This document shows positions 22,667-33,232 of a DNA stretch of 64,000 bases, piece after piece. The notes under the pieces were generated by a model that was not told the origin of the DNA, searched no databases, and saw only the letters and a list, made by a program, of their open reading frames with translations. Origin of the DNA: an uncultured Lentimicrobiaceae bacterium (GTDB taxonomy: Bacteria > Bacteroidota > Bacteroidia > Bacteroidales > JAGNHN01); NCBI GenBank assembly GCA_964590645.1, contig CAZPYJ010000021.1, positions 5,121 to 69,120 on the forward strand, read 5' to 3'. Every line of letters begins with the position of its first letter. The stretch's first letter is position 1. Made by a program: the position numbers and the translations under genes.

Positions 22667-22681
22667 TTTAAGCTTGTTGCT

Positions 22682-22876
22682 ATGGCACATCCTAAACGTA
22701 AAATATCCAAAACAAGGAGGGATAAGCGCAGAACCCACTACAAAGCGGAAGCCCCTACCCTTGCCAAAGATCCGGTAACCCAGGAGGTACACCGCTTCCA
22801 TCGTGCACATTATGATGTGGATGGAAACCTGTACTATCGGGGTAAGCTTGTAATGGAAAGCAATCGCGAGGCCTAA
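22682..22876 (+). CDS. rpmF: 50S ribosomal protein L32
   Basis: [21 protein letters not shown]. Confidence 0.95.
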   Translation: MAHPKRKISKTRRDKRRTHYKAEAPTLAKDPVTQEVHRFHRAHYDVDGNLYYRGKLVMESNREA

Positions 22877-22909
22877 TCCCTTGCCGGAGCGCTCAAGCTC
22901 CCCCTGAAT

Positions 22910-23875
22910 ATGAAGGTCGGTCTGGATCTGCTTGGTGGAGATTTCGCACCAGAGGCAACGCTGAATGGAGCCTTGATGGCTCTGGAAGCCCTGCACCCCG
23001 AAGATACCCTGGTTCTTTTTGGAGATGAGCAGGATATGATATCCCGCCTCCGTCGGAAGGATGCGGGATTTTCCCGTTTGGAACTGGTCCACGCCCCGGA
23101 ACAGATCGGAATGAGTGAACACCCAACCAGGGCTTTTACTCAAAAACCCAACTCGAGCATCGTTACCGGGTTTCGCTACCTGAGTGAGGGAGGCATTGAC
23201 GCCTTTTCCGGCGCAGGCAATACCGGAGCTATGCTTGTTGGATCTATCTATTCCGTGAATACCATTCAGGGAATCATCCGCCCGGCTACTTCTGCCCTGG
23301 TACCCAAAGAAGACGGAGGGGTAAACCTGCTGATCGATGTGGGAACCAACCCCGATGCCAAACCCGATGTGATGTACCAGTTCGGCCTGCTGGGACATAT
23401 CTACGCCCGCACCGTGATGAATATCAAAAATCCCCGCGTGGGACTGCTGAGCATCGGACACGAAGAAGGCAAAGGCAATCTACTGGTCCAGTCCACCCAC
23501 GGAATGATGAAAGACTCCAGGGATTTCAACTTCATAGGAAATGTGGAAAGCCGTGACCTCTTCAAAGATGTAGCTGACGTTATTGTTACCGATGGCTTCA
23601 CAGGCAATATCATCCTGAAACAAACCGAAGCCATTTACCGACTGCTGGTTAAACGAAATCTTGCAGATGATTTCATCCATCGCCTGAACTATGAAAAGTA
23701 TGGTGGCAGTCCCATTCTGGGTGTAAATGCCAGCGTGGTAATCGGACACGGCATATCCAATGCCACCGCTATCAAAAATATGATACTTTTATCCGCGGAA
23801 ATACAAAAATCGGAACTTCCGGAAAAAATCCGCAAAGCAATGCGCTGCTATCTCGGACGCAACGGCAAAGAATAA
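22910..23875 (+). CDS. plsX: phosphate acyltransferase PlsX
   Basis: MKVGLDLLGGDFAPE..; DGFTGNIILK; synteny rpmF-plsX-fabH. Confidence 0.95.
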   Translation: MKVGLDLLGGDFAPEATLNGALMALEALHPEDTLVLFGDEQDMISRLRRKDAGFSRLELVHAPEQIGMSEHPTRAFTQKPNSSIVTGFRYLSEGGIDAFSGAGNTGAMLVGSIYSVNTIQGIIRPATSALVPKEDGGVNLLIDVGTNPDAKPDVMYQFGLLGHIYARTVMNIKNPRVGLLSIGHEEGKGNLLVQSTHGMMKDSRDFNFIGNVESRDLFKDVADVIVTDGFTGNIILKQTEAIYRLLVKRNLADDFIHRLNYEKYGGSPILGVNASVVIGHGISNATAIKNMILLSAEIQKSELPEKIRKAMRCYLGRNGKE

Positions 23876-23883
23876 AGGTGTTT

Positions 23884-24873
23884 ATGGCAAGGATTAAAGC
23901 TGCAATTACAGGAGTAGAGGCTAAAGTCCCGGACTATGTCCTCAGCAACGATGAACTGGCCTCAATGGTGGATACTTCCGATGAATGGATTATGTCGCGC
24001 ATCGGAATCAAAGAAAGAAGAATAATTAAAGAACCCGGAGAGGGAGCTTCCTTTGTTGGTGCCGCCGCCGTGAAATCCCTGCTGGAAAAAACCAATACCG
24101 ATCCGGCGGAAGTGGATATGCTGATCTGCGCCACCGTAACTCCCGATCATCCCTTCCCGGCTACAGCCAATATTATTTCGGATAAAGCAGGGATCAAAAA
24201 TGCCTTTTCCTTCGACCTGAACGCCGGCTGCTCGGGATTTCTCTACGCCCTGGAAGCCGGACGCCGCTTCATTGAAAGCGGTGCAAGGAAAAAAGTGATC
24301 ATCGTAGGTGCCGAAAAAATGTCGAGCATCGTAGATTATACCGATCGCGCCACCTGCCCTATCTTCGGCGATGGTGCCGGGACTGTTTTACTTGAACCCA
24401 CCGAGGGTGAGTTTGGTATTATCGACAGCATCCTGCAATCGGATGGCTCAGGAAGGGTGCACCTGCACCAGAAAGCCGGGGGATCTGTGAAACCTGCCAG
24501 CCTGGATACTGTGCTGGCTCGTGAACACTTCATCTATCAGGAAGGACAAGCCGTCTTTAAATGGGCCGTCTCAAAAATGGCCGATGTGTCAGTAGAGATG
24601 ATGGAAAAACACGGACTGACTGCCGACAGCCTCCACTGGCTGGTGCCCCACCAGGCCAATATGCGCATCATCGAAGCCACCGCCAAACGAATGAACCTTC
24701 CTAAAGAGAAGGTGATGATCAATATACAGAAATACGGGAATACCACTTCTGCCACCCTGCCTCTGCTATTATGGGAATGGGAAAACCGGCTCCACCCCGG
24801 CGACCATCTTATTCTGGCCACTTTTGGTACCGGCTTCACCTGGGGATCAATGTACCTCCGCTGGAACTACTGA
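23884..24873 (+). CDS. fabH: 3-oxoacyl-ACP synthase III
   Basis: Catalytic triad contexts LNAGCSGFLYAL, VPHQAN and GNTTSAT. Start moved from the GTG at 23878 to the ATG at 23884. Confidence 0.95.
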   Translation: MARIKAAITGVEAKVPDYVLSNDELASMVDTSDEWIMSRIGIKERRIIKEPGEGASFVGAAAVKSLLEKTNTDPAEVDMLICATVTPDHPFPATANIISDKAGIKNAFSFDLNAGCSGFLYALEAGRRFIESGARKKVIIVGAEKMSSIVDYTDRATCPIFGDGAGTVLLEPTEGEFGIIDSILQSDGSGRVHLHQKAGGSVKPASLDTVLAREHFIYQEGQAVFKWAVSKMADVSVEMMEKHGLTADSLHWLVPHQANMRIIEATAKRMNLPKEKVMINIQKYGNTTSATLPLLLWEWENRLHPGDHLILATFGTGFTWGSMYLRWNY

Positions 24874-25044
24874 TTGGCCTGCTTTTGCTGTGCGTAGGCT
24901 GTGCCTTCGCACCAATCCACGGTTGATTGAGGATTACTTGATTTTCTACTCGCCCACCCTTCGACTAATTTTGCTACGCAAAATTGCTCAGGGACCAGAA
25001 GAACAGTTTGAGTTTGACCCTTCGGCTGCCCTTCGACTTCGCTT

Positions 25045-26445
25045 CTATGTTGCAAAGCAAATAAAAAGACAAATAGTTTTGTTTAATTGCTATAAAACCA
25101 AGCTTCTATTAGCAGACGTCCTTCTCTCTTTCCGAAAAGAAGCTGCAAGATCCTGATCATATTTTATAAAGGTGGCCGCATTCTCAGAAAAAGCAGACGT
25201 GTATATTGTGTACAGCTGCAAGCGAAGCCATGCGGACACACCTATTACCTTAAGATTCTATAGCGATTAATATTAATTATTCAATTCCGTATCTCATATC
25301 ATAGGGCTTTTGATTGACTAAAACATAGATTATCCTTGCTGTAAGTTTGCGTGCAATGCGGATAATTGCTTTATTCTCTTCCCTGTTTTTTAATCTGGTG
25401 TAGGTCTGTAATAGACCAGGGTCCCTTCTAATAGCCATCCAGGCACTTTCTATTATTAGCCCCTTTAAGAATTTATTACCTCGATGTGTTAATCCTCCTG
25501 TCCTTTCTTTTTCTCCTGAAGATTTTGTAGAAGGTATGATACCAATGTAAGAACATAAGGTATCCAGATTTCTAAATCGATTGATATCTTCAATCTCAGT
25601 AATTATCGTCATAGCGGTTATTAGACCTATTCCCGGAATGCTTCGCAATAGGAGCACCTGTCTTTTAAAGGTGTCCGTTCTTGACAATTCTCTGACTTTA
25701 CTTGTAGCAATTCTTTTTAGCTCTTTTGCCTTTAAACATTCCTGAACATAGAACTGCAAAGTCCAGTCTCCAAAACTGTTCGTTAACCTTAAGCCTCCCA
25801 ACCAAGAGAAGAAGCTGCTCGACCAATGATTGTTAGATGATTCAAATTCAGGCGGATAATTAATACCGTAAAAATTCAGTATCCCTTTTACTTTATTCTT
25901 GTACCGAGTGTAGTTTTTTGACATATCGTGGTATAGACGCACTACTTTCCTGTACTCAAGACCAGCATCTGTTGGAACATAAATCGCTTCTAAAAGATTA
26001 CTTCGCAAGGCTTTTGCTATTTTCCGGCAATCTCTGGGATCCGTCTTAAACTCCTTCTCCTTATGACTTGTGGGAATATCAGCCGGATTAACAACAATAC
26101 AATTTATGCCGTTTTTGCTTAAATACTTTTGAAGCCAGAATCCAGAAAACCCAGCTTCATAAGCACAATAATAGTCTGCCTCAGGAAAATTCCTGTGTAG
26201 ATAGTTGACCAATAACTCAGGATTTGGATCCTGACTAAAAGCCTTGAGAGATGTTTGTTGGTGGTACAATGATACTTTCCAGTTCTTCTTGTGGGTATCA
26301 ATCCCAACAAAAATTTGCTCCTCTTTAAAACTTAATTTCGTTCTTTGCTCTACCATTGGCATAAGTCCCAGATTTTAGGTTAATAATGTTTTGTCAAAAA
26401 TTAAATTACTTAATTTCTGACGACTTATGCTTTACAAACATAGGG
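25045..26445 (-). mobile_element. IS110-family insertion sequence (boundaries approximate, about +/-50 bp)
   Basis: A sharp drop in GC (roughly 30-40% against ~50% in the flanks) spans the transposase ORF and its AT-rich flanks. It is inserted between the convergent fabH and leuS genes. No terminal inverted repeats or target duplication are visible, which is usual for IS110. Confidence 0.6.
25277..26362 (-). CDS. IS110-family DEDD transposase/recombinase
   Basis: N-terminal RuvC-like DEDD residues (FVGIDTHKK, YEAGFSGFW, VVNPADI, KTDPRDCRKIA). C-terminal Transposase_20-like IPGIGLITAMTIITEIEDINRF..IGIIPSTKSSGEK. Confidence 0.93.
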   Translation of the reverse strand: MPMVEQRTKLSFKEEQIFVGIDTHKKNWKVSLYHQQTSLKAFSQDPNPELLVNYLHRNFPEADYYCAYEAGFSGFWLQKYLSKNGINCIVVNPADIPTSHKEKEFKTDPRDCRKIAKALRSNLLEAIYVPTDAGLEYRKVVRLYHDMSKNYTRYKNKVKGILNFYGINYPPEFESSNNHWSSSFFSWLGGLRLTNSFGDWTLQFYVQECLKAKELKRIATSKVRELSRTDTFKRQVLLLRSIPGIGLITAMTIITEIEDINRFRNLDTLCSYIGIIPSTKSSGEKERTGGLTHRGNKFLKGLIIESAWMAIRRDPGLLQTYTRLKNREENKAIIRIARKLTARIIYVLVNQKPYDMRYGIE

Positions 26446-26526
26446 TCTCAGGGCGAGCGCTCAGGGTAAAGGATGACCCGATAGCTATCGGGTGTGGTAA
26501 GGAAGCTTAGTTTTTGTTGGTTTAAA

Positions 26527-26554
26527 TATCCGCGCAGCGGATAAAGTCTTTTTT
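26527..26554. terminator. hairpin terminator just downstream of leuS
   Basis: 7-bp stem TATCCGC GCA GCGGATA at 26527-26543. There is a T6 run on the plus strand 5 nt downstream and only TTT on the minus (leuS) strand, so directionality is ambiguous. Confidence 0.4.
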
Positions 26555-26563
26555 CGCAGGATA

Positions 26564-29356
26564 TTAGCCGATGGGCGCTACCACAATATTGATAATCTTT
26601 CCCGGTACCACTATAACCTTGCGTACCTGCACCCCTTCCAACCACTTTTGTCCGCCTTCGGCCTGAAGCACTGCCTTCTCAATCTCACCCTTCTCCATCG
26701 AAACAGGAAGGTCGAGCTTGAAACGCAACTTGCCGTTGAAAGAAACAGGATAGCTGAAAGTATCCTCCTGCAATAAGGCAGGATCATAGTCGGGGAAAGG
26801 CACCTGGCTGATGCTGCCCTGATGTCCTAACTCCTCCCACAACTCTTCCGCAATATGAGGGGCATAAGGGGAAAGAAGGATTGCCAATGGCTCCAGGACT
26901 TCTCTTGAACGACAAGCCTCTTCCGACAATTCATTCACGCAGATCATAAAAGCACTCACCACGGTATTGAAGGAAAAGCGCTCAATGTCTTCCCGCACCT
27001 TCTTAATGGTCTTGTGCAATGACTTTCTCGCCGCTTCCGATGCCTTCTGATCGTTCACCGCAAAGCCTTCATCCGTATGGTAGAGACGCCAGAGCTTGCG
27101 CATAAAGCGGTACACCCCTTCAATCCCCTGGGTATCCCAGGGTTTGTGATCGGTGAGGGGCCCCAGGAACATCTCATACAGCCGCAGCGTATCGGCGCCG
27201 TAGCGCTCAATCAGGGCATCCGGACTCTGTACATTGTGCTTCGATTTCGACATCTTCTCCACCTCGTGCCCGCAATGATACTTCCCGTCTTCAAGAATGA
27301 AGCTGGCATCGGTAAATTCAGACCGCCATTGCCGGAAGGCCTCGATATCCAGCTCATCATTGTGCACCAGGCTGATATCCACGTGCAAGGCTTGTGTTTC
27401 GTAAGACTTGCGCAGTCCGTACGAAACGAACTGATTGCTGCCCTGGATGCGGTAAACAAAGCTTGAGCGTCCCTGTATCTTCCCTTGATTAATTAGTTTT
27501 TGAAAAGGCTCCTCGCGCACAGCCAGGCCGATATCAAAGAGGAATTTATTCCAGAAACGGGCATAGATCAGATGGCCGGCAGCGTGCTCATCCCCACCGA
27601 TATAGAGGTCCACATTCTGCCAGTAATCCGCTGCTTCCCTGGAAAAATAGGCATCCTCATTATGCGGATCCATATAGCGCAAGTAGTAGCCGCTGGATCC
27701 GGCAAAACCAGGCATTGTATTGGTTTCGAGTGGATAACCTTCCTTGCTGACCCAGCTCTTCGCCCTGGCCAGGGGAGGCTCTCCTTCTTCTGTGGGGAGG
27801 TATTTATCCACCGCCGGCAGCTCCAGGGGCAAGGCAGATTCCGGCAGGGTATAAGGCATCCCCTCTTTGTAATACACGGGGAATGGCTCGCCCCAGTAAC
27901 GTTGGCGACTGAAGATGGCATCGCGCAAACGATAATTGATTTCGCCTTTGCCCAGTCCCCTTTCTTCCAGTACTTCAATGGCTTTTCGAATGGCATCTTT
28001 CACTTCCATCCCATCCAGGAAATCCGAATTCACCGAAATGCCTTCTTTGGCATCCCAGGATGTTTCCCATTCGGTCGTATCTGTCAGTCCCTGGCCGGGG
28101 GCAGCCACCACCTGGCGGATGGGAAGGCCGAAATGCCGGGCAAAGGCAAAATCGCGGCTGTCGTGGGCCGGCACCGCCATTATGGCGCCGGTACCATAGC
28201 CCGAGAGCACATAATCGGCAATCCACACCGGCACCTCTTCCCCGCTGAGGGGATTGATGCCATAGGCGCCGGTAAAGACCCCCGTCACCTGTTTCACCTC
28301 TGCCATCCTTTCCCGCTCAGAGCGGTTCTTTGCCCATTCGAGGTATTGCTGAACCGCCTCGCGCTGTGCTTCGGTGGTGATCTTTTCCACCCATTCGTGT
28401 TCAGGCGCAAGCACCATAAAGGTGGCGCCAAAGAGGGTGTCGGGACGGGTTGTGAAAACTTCCAGTGTTTCCGGATGGCCTTTGAGCGAGAAGAGAACCG
28501 AGGCCCCTTCGGAACGACCGATCCAATTCCTTTGCATTTCTTTCAGCGAAGCAGGCCAGTCGATGGCATCCAGACCGTCGAGCAGGCGCTGGGCATAGGC
28601 CGTGATCCGCAGCGACCACTGCTTCATCATTTTCCGCTCCACCGGATGCCCCCCTCTTTCTGAAAAGCCATCCTTCACCTCATCATTGGCCAGCACCGTA
28701 CCCAGGGCCGGACACCAGTTCACCCAGGTGTCCGAAAGGTAAGCCAGGCGGTAGTGCATCAGGATCTCCTGCTGCGCCTTCTCCGGCATTGCAGCCCATT
28801 CAGCCGCAGAGAATGTCCCTTCAAAGCTGCTTTGTGCCAGGATGCCGGCGTTCCCAAAGGAAGCAAAATGCGCCTCCAGGGCTTCCACCGGACGCGCCAT
28901 ATCCTTCTCCTTATCATACCAGCTGTGGAAAAGCTGAATGAAAGTCCATTGGGTCCATTTATAGTATTTGGGATCGGAAGTACGTACCTCCCGGTCCCAG
29001 TCGAAGGAGAAACCAATCTGGTCGAGTTGGCGGCGGTAGCGTTCGATATTCTTTTCGGTGGTCACCGCCGGGTGGGTTCCCGTTTGTATGGCATATTGTT
29101 CTGCCGGCAAACCGTAGGCATCGTAGCCCATCGGGTGCAATACGTTGAAACCCAGATGCCGCTTGTAGCGGGCGTAGATATCGGAGGCGATATACCCCAG
29201 GGGATGCCCCACGTGGAGGCCGGCACCGGAGGGATAGGGAAACATATCCAGCACGTAATATTTGGGCCGGTCCGGGTCTTCCTTCACACAAAAAGTTTTG
29301 TTTTCAGCCCAGTACTGTTGCCATTTGTTTTCAATGTCCCTGAATCGGTATTCCAT
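26564..29356 (-). CDS. leuS: leucine--tRNA ligase
   Basis: HIGH ([10 protein letters not shown]) and KMSKS ([10 protein letters not shown]) motifs. The ATG at 29356 gives [13 protein letters not shown]; the GTG one codon upstream is the track start. Confidence 0.96.
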   Translation of the reverse strand: MEYRFRDIENKWQQYWAENKTFCVKEDPDRPKYYVLDMFPYPSGAGLHVGHPLGYIASDIYARYKRHLGFNVLHPMGYDAYGLPAEQYAIQTGTHPAVTTEKNIERYRRQLDQIGFSFDWDREVRTSDPKYYKWTQWTFIQLFHSWYDKEKDMARPVEALEAHFASFGNAGILAQSSFEGTFSAAEWAAMPEKAQQEILMHYRLAYLSDTWVNWCPALGTVLANDEVKDGFSERGGHPVERKMMKQWSLRITAYAQRLLDGLDAIDWPASLKEMQRNWIGRSEGASVLFSLKGHPETLEVFTTRPDTLFGATFMVLAPEHEWVEKITTEAQREAVQQYLEWAKNRSERERMAEVKQVTGVFTGAYGINPLSGEEVPVWIADYVLSGYGTGAIMAVPAHDSRDFAFARHFGLPIRQVVAAPGQGLTDTTEWETSWDAKEGISVNSDFLDGMEVKDAIRKAIEVLEERGLGKGEINYRLRDAIFSRQRYWGEPFPVYYKEGMPYTLPESALPLELPAVDKYLPTEEGEPPLARAKSWVSKEGYPLETNTMPGFAGSSGYYLRYMDPHNEDAYFSREAADYWQNVDLYIGGDEHAAGHLIYARFWNKFLFDIGLAVREEPFQKLINQGKIQGRSSFVYRIQGSNQFVSYGLRKSYETQALHVDISLVHNDELDIEAFRQWRSEFTDASFILEDGKYHCGHEVEKMSKSKHNVQSPDALIERYGADTLRLYEMFLGPLTDHKPWDTQGIEGVYRFMRKLWRLYHTDEGFAVNDQKASEAARKSLHKTIKKVREDIERFSFNTVVSAFMICVNELSEEACRSREVLEPLAILLSPYAPHIAEELWEELGHQGSISQVPFPDYDPALLQEDTFSYPVSFNGKLRFKLDLPVSMEKGEIEKAVLQAEGGQKWLEGVQVRKVIVVPGKIINIVVAPIG

Positions 29357-29381
29357 CACTTTCTCCTTTCAAAACAAGCTG

Positions 29382-29389
29382 CAAAAATA
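29382..29389 (-). promoter_or_regulatory. -7 promoter box (TATTTTTG) for leuS
   Basis: The reverse complement of caaaaata reads TATTTTTG, about 25 nt upstream of the leuS ATG. Confidence 0.45.
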
Positions 29390-29563
29390 GGAAAATCGCA
29401 AGGGAAAGGCCTTTATACTTTGTCCTGCTTATGCCGGAAGGCTTCACAAATGTATTTTCGTATTCAGGCATTTCCTTTCACAATCCACAAATCAGGGATT
29501 ATTCCTTTTGGACCCTATCGGGTCAAATGTTATCAAATTCACAAGAAATAGATGCATATATGA

Positions 29564-29571
29564 TACATTTG
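29564..29571 (+). promoter_or_regulatory. -7 promoter box (TACATTTG) for the 29598 membrane-protein gene
   Basis: TACATTTG lies 26 nt upstream of the ATG. Confidence 0.45.
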
Positions 29572-29597
29572 ATGCCTAGTCCCCAATTCCAATCACA

Positions 29598-31016
29598 ATG
29601 AAGTCGGATTCAAGCAGTTTCTCCCCCTTCTTCAAAATCATTCTCCTCTTGTTTGGCGCCATCCTCTTGTGTTTTATGGGATGGAAAAACCACTATCCGC
29701 TGTTTCATTATGATTCTGGCGCATATATTTATCCGGCCTTCGAGTTTTATGTGCCCAAAGACCGTCCCCTCATCTACGGTCTATTTGTCCGTTTGTTCAG
29801 CCTGAACTACAGCCTTTGGGGGGTGATATTGGCACAGGGCTTCATCCTTTCGCTGTCGCTGTATTACTACTTCGCGCATTTTGCACATCCCCGAAGAAGC
29901 ACCATCCTATTCATTTTCTGCCTCTTCGTGCTGACTTTCCTTACCACTGCTCCGATTTATGTCAGTATGATTTCCCCTGATATCTTCACTTCCATATTGA
30001 TATTAAATCTTGGATTATTGCTTTTTATGAAGCAGATCGGGAAGCTTGATTTAGTGATCATCACTTTTCTGTTTATGCTGAGCCTGGCAGTGCATAACGC
30101 TCACTTTCTGTTGGGCTTTCTCGTGCTGATGCTGGTTTCGATCGGATGGCTTTTTAAGCGTGTAAAGGAATTATTCCCTCATCTCTCACTAAAGAGAATG
30201 GGCTATATATGGACGGTCTTTGTCGCTGCCTGGCTGCTGAGTGCCTCGGTTCATTACCTGCAAGCCCGGACCGGAGAACATATTTATGGCCACGTTTTTA
30301 CCACTGGTGAAGGTGGCCCGATCTTCCTGATGTCCAGGTTCAGCCAAACCGGAATCCTGGCCGATTTCCTTGAGGAGCACTGCGATCAGCATCAATATAG
30401 CCTTTGCCAATACAGAGACAGTCTTCCGGATGATATGGATTTTCTGTGGAAGGAAGACAGCCCCTTATATAAAACGGGAGGCTGGAAGAAGAATGAGGAG
30501 GAATACAAAGGGATGATTTTTGACATCCTGAGCAGCCCGAAGTACCTGGGTGCTTTTATCTGGAAGAGCCTGGAAACCAGCATTGCACTCTTTTTCAGCT
30601 TTGATGCGATACAGGCACCGGTGATCAGGGAAATCGAATATGCAGATCGTTTTATCAATAAGTGTTATCCCGCGTATCGCAATGAGTATCTTCAATCCCT
30701 CCAAAACAACAATAAGATCAATCCGATGGTGGATCGCTTAAACCGATTGCAAGAGGGCGTATTTGCCCTCACCTTCCTCCTTCTGCCCTTCCTTTTCATT
30801 TTCTCCGCCAGCATCTCCAAAAAACAAAAGGCTTTGTATTTGTATTTCTTTGGATTTCTTGTCCTCAATGCTTTCGTTTGCGCTTCCTTATCCATCATCG
30901 ATACAAGATACCAGGGCCGGATAGTATGGCTGCTGTGCATTCCTTTCCTCCTCCTGCTTTTTGAGTCGGGCCTGCTCGTGGATCTCAGAAGAAGACTGTT
31001 TGACAGCGACCAATGA
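29598..31016 (+). CDS. polytopic membrane protein, possibly a GT-C-like glycosyltransferase (function unknown)
   Basis: 472 aa, more than 10 TM helices. Early loop motif HYDSGAYIYP resembles the acidic first-loop motif of GT-C enzymes; this is a weak call. Confidence 0.6.
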   Translation: MKSDSSSFSPFFKIILLLFGAILLCFMGWKNHYPLFHYDSGAYIYPAFEFYVPKDRPLIYGLFVRLFSLNYSLWGVILAQGFILSLSLYYYFAHFAHPRRSTILFIFCLFVLTFLTTAPIYVSMISPDIFTSILILNLGLLLFMKQIGKLDLVIITFLFMLSLAVHNAHFLLGFLVLMLVSIGWLFKRVKELFPHLSLKRMGYIWTVFVAAWLLSASVHYLQARTGEHIYGHVFTTGEGGPIFLMSRFSQTGILADFLEEHCDQHQYSLCQYRDSLPDDMDFLWKEDSPLYKTGGWKKNEEEYKGMIFDILSSPKYLGAFIWKSLETSIALFFSFDAIQAPVIREIEYADRFINKCYPAYRNEYLQSLQNNNKINPMVDRLNRLQEGVFALTFLLLPFLFIFSASISKKQKALYLYFFGFLVLNAFVCASLSIIDTRYQGRIVWLLCIPFLLLLFESGLLVDLRRRLFDSDQ

Positions 31017-31086
31017 GGAAAACCCATATTTCCGCATTGCTTCCAAGCCTGTGGCTTCTGCAAGGACATTGCTGAGAGATACTCCC

Positions 31087-31094
31087 TATATTTG
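31087..31094 (+). promoter_or_regulatory. -7 promoter box (TATATTTG) for yicC-gmk-nadD
   Basis: TATATTTG lies 17 nt upstream of the yicC ATG. Confidence 0.5.
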
Positions 31095-31111
31095 TAGGAA
31101 TTATTCCTGCT

Positions 31112-31987
31112 ATGATCAAATCAATGACCGGCTTTGGCAAAAGCGAAGTGATTTTGCCCCAACATAAACTCAGCGTGGAGATCCGCTGCCTCAACAGCAA
31201 GCAGCTCGACCTGAACCTGAAAATTCCCCAGGCCTACCGTGAATGGGAACATTGGGTCAGGACGGAATGCAGCAAAAAGCTTTTGCGCGGAAAAGTGGAT
31301 GTGTCGGTGTATTTGGATTTCGCTTCCGGAGAAAGTCCGTACAGCCTGAATACCGCTCTGGCCCTGGAATATTATGCCGCTCTCCAGGCCCTGGGGGAGC
31401 AGATTGGCCATCCTCCGGGAGACCAGAGTTTGTCGCTCATCCTGAAAATGCCCGATGTGCTCAAAGCCGAGAAAGATCTTCCGGATGAAGAAGGCCAGGC
31501 GCAGTTTAAGCTGGCCGTGACGGAAGCCCTGAAACAGGTGGACGTTTTCCGGGTGCAGGAAGCACAGGCTCTGGAAGCCGACCTGCGGCACAGGGTAGGC
31601 CTGATCCTGGAAGGACTGGAGAAGCTTACAGCGATGGATGGCAAGCGGCTGGAGAATGTGAAAGAAAAGTTGCGCAAAGCCCTGGCCCAGCTTCCGGAAG
31701 GCATCAATGCCGACGAGAACCGCTTTGAACAGGAGCTGATTTATTATCTGGAGAAGCTGGATATCACGGAAGAACAAGTCCGCCTGACCAAGCATTGTGC
31801 GTATTTCCTGGAAACCCTGGATGCTCCGGATTCCGAAGGCAAGAAGCTGGGTTTTATCACCCAGGAGATGGGGCGTGAGATCAATACCATTGGCAGCAAG
31901 GCCAACGACCACGATTTGCAGCGCATCGTGGTGGGGATGAAGGATGAACTGGAAAAGATCAAGGAGCAATTATTTAATATTTTATGA
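31112..31987 (+). CDS. yicC: YicC family stress-induced protein (endoribonuclease)
   Basis: MIKSMTGFGKSE..; C-terminal GFITQEMGREINTIGSKAN..KEQLFNIL. Confidence 0.92.
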   Translation: MIKSMTGFGKSEVILPQHKLSVEIRCLNSKQLDLNLKIPQAYREWEHWVRTECSKKLLRGKVDVSVYLDFASGESPYSLNTALALEYYAALQALGEQIGHPPGDQSLSLILKMPDVLKAEKDLPDEEGQAQFKLAVTEALKQVDVFRVQEAQALEADLRHRVGLILEGLEKLTAMDGKRLENVKEKLRKALAQLPEGINADENRFEQELIYYLEKLDITEEQVRLTKHCAYFLETLDAPDSEGKKLGFITQEMGREINTIGSKANDHDLQRIVVGMKDELEKIKEQLFNIL

Positions 31988-32586
31988 CAGATGTGACGGG
32001 CCCTTCTTACGGGCGGCTGGTCATTGTTTCCGCCCCTTCCGGCACTGGTAAGTCCACCATTGTCAGGGCCCTCCTGCAATCGGACCTGAACCTGCATTTT
32101 TCGGTGTCGGCTTGCAATCGCCCTCCCCGGCCAAAGGAAGTGGATGGGGTGGATTATCATTTTCTCTCTCCGGAAGACTTTGCGCGGAAGATCAGGGAGG
32201 GAGCTTTTCTGGAATGGGAAGAAGTGTATCCCGGTCGTTTTTACGGCAGCCTTCGTTCGGATGTGGAAGCCTTGCTGGCCGAAGGAAAGAATGTGATTTT
32301 CGATGTGGATGTGGTGGGGGGCTTGAATATTAAGAAAGCCTATGAATCCCTTGCCCTGGCGATCATCCTGCTTCCTCCATCCATAAAGGTATTGGAGGAA
32401 AGACTGCGGATGCGGGGCACCGAGGATGAGGATGAGTTGCAGGTGCGTTTGGAGAAAGCGGAGGAAGAGATGGCCTTTGCGCCCCGCTTCGATTTGCAGA
32501 TCATCAATGAAGACCTGCGCGATACCATCCCGCGAACCAAAGCCCTGATCACGCGTTTTCTTCAGGATGAAAAGCCAATCCAATGA
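31984..32586 (+). CDS. gmk: guanylate kinase
   Basis: P-loop SAPSGTGKST; start overlaps the yicC stop by 4 nt. Confidence 0.93.
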   Translation: MTDVTGPSYGRLVIVSAPSGTGKSTIVRALLQSDLNLHFSVSACNRPPRPKEVDGVDYHFLSPEDFARKIREGAFLEWEEVYPGRFYGSLRSDVEALLAEGKNVIFDVDVVGGLNIKKAYESLALAIILLPPSIKVLEERLRMRGTEDEDELQVRLEKAEEEMAFAPRFDLQIINEDLRDTIPRTKALITRFLQDEKPIQ

Positions 32587-33173
32587 TACCAAGTAAAAAG
32601 ACCGGCCTGTTCTTTGGTTCCTTTAATCCTATCCATACAGGCCATCTCATCCTGGCGCATTATATGCTCGAGTTCACAGGCCTGGATCAGGTGTGGTTTG
32701 TGGTCTCGCCCCAGAATCCGTTTAAAAAGCGCCAGCCTCTGCTGGAAGATCATCACCGCCTGGCACTGCTTAAAGAAGCCATTGAAGACGATCCCCGTTT
32801 CCGGGCCATTGATATCGAGCTCCGGCTTCCCCGGCCTTCTTATACCATTCATACGCTGACACATTTGCGGGAACAGTATCCCGTTCGGGAATTTGTCCTC
32901 ATTATGGGGCTCGACATCCTGCCTGCCTTTCATAAATGGAAGCAGTATGAACAGATACTGAACGACTATCAGCTTTATGTTTATCCCCGCCCGGGAGATC
33001 ATCCGCACCCCTACGAAGGTCATCCTTCTGTACATTTGATCAAGGGGGTTCCTCAGTTTGAGATCTCATCCAGCTTTATCCGGGAAAGCATCAGCAATGG
33101 AAAAGATATGCGCTATTTTCTCCCCGAGCGCGTCAACCGCTATATCCGTGAAATGCATTTTTATGAAGGGTAG
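32583..33173 (+). CDS. nadD: nicotinate-nucleotide adenylyltransferase
   Basis: GSFNPIHTGH motif and ISSSFIRE motif; start overlaps the gmk stop by 4 nt. Confidence 0.92.
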   Translation: MIPSKKTGLFFGSFNPIHTGHLILAHYMLEFTGLDQVWFVVSPQNPFKKRQPLLEDHHRLALLKEAIEDDPRFRAIDIELRLPRPSYTIHTLTHLREQYPVREFVLIMGLDILPAFHKWKQYEQILNDYQLYVYPRPGDHPHPYEGHPSVHLIKGVPQFEISSSFIRESISNGKDMRYFLPERVNRYIREMHFYEG

Positions 33174-33232
33174 GACTGAGCCCTGACTCTGGTGGCCCCG
33201 ACCGATGCGAATTGGCGTGAGCAGAACCGGAT

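Noticed and set aside
24874-25044. Possible tRNA or other RNA gene in the GC-normal stretch after fabH, which contains repeated CCCTTCGAC motifs.
   Set aside because: No cloverleaf-compatible acceptor or T-arm sequences (GGTTCGAATCC-like) were found on either strand. It may belong to the IS tail or to the native fabH 3' region.
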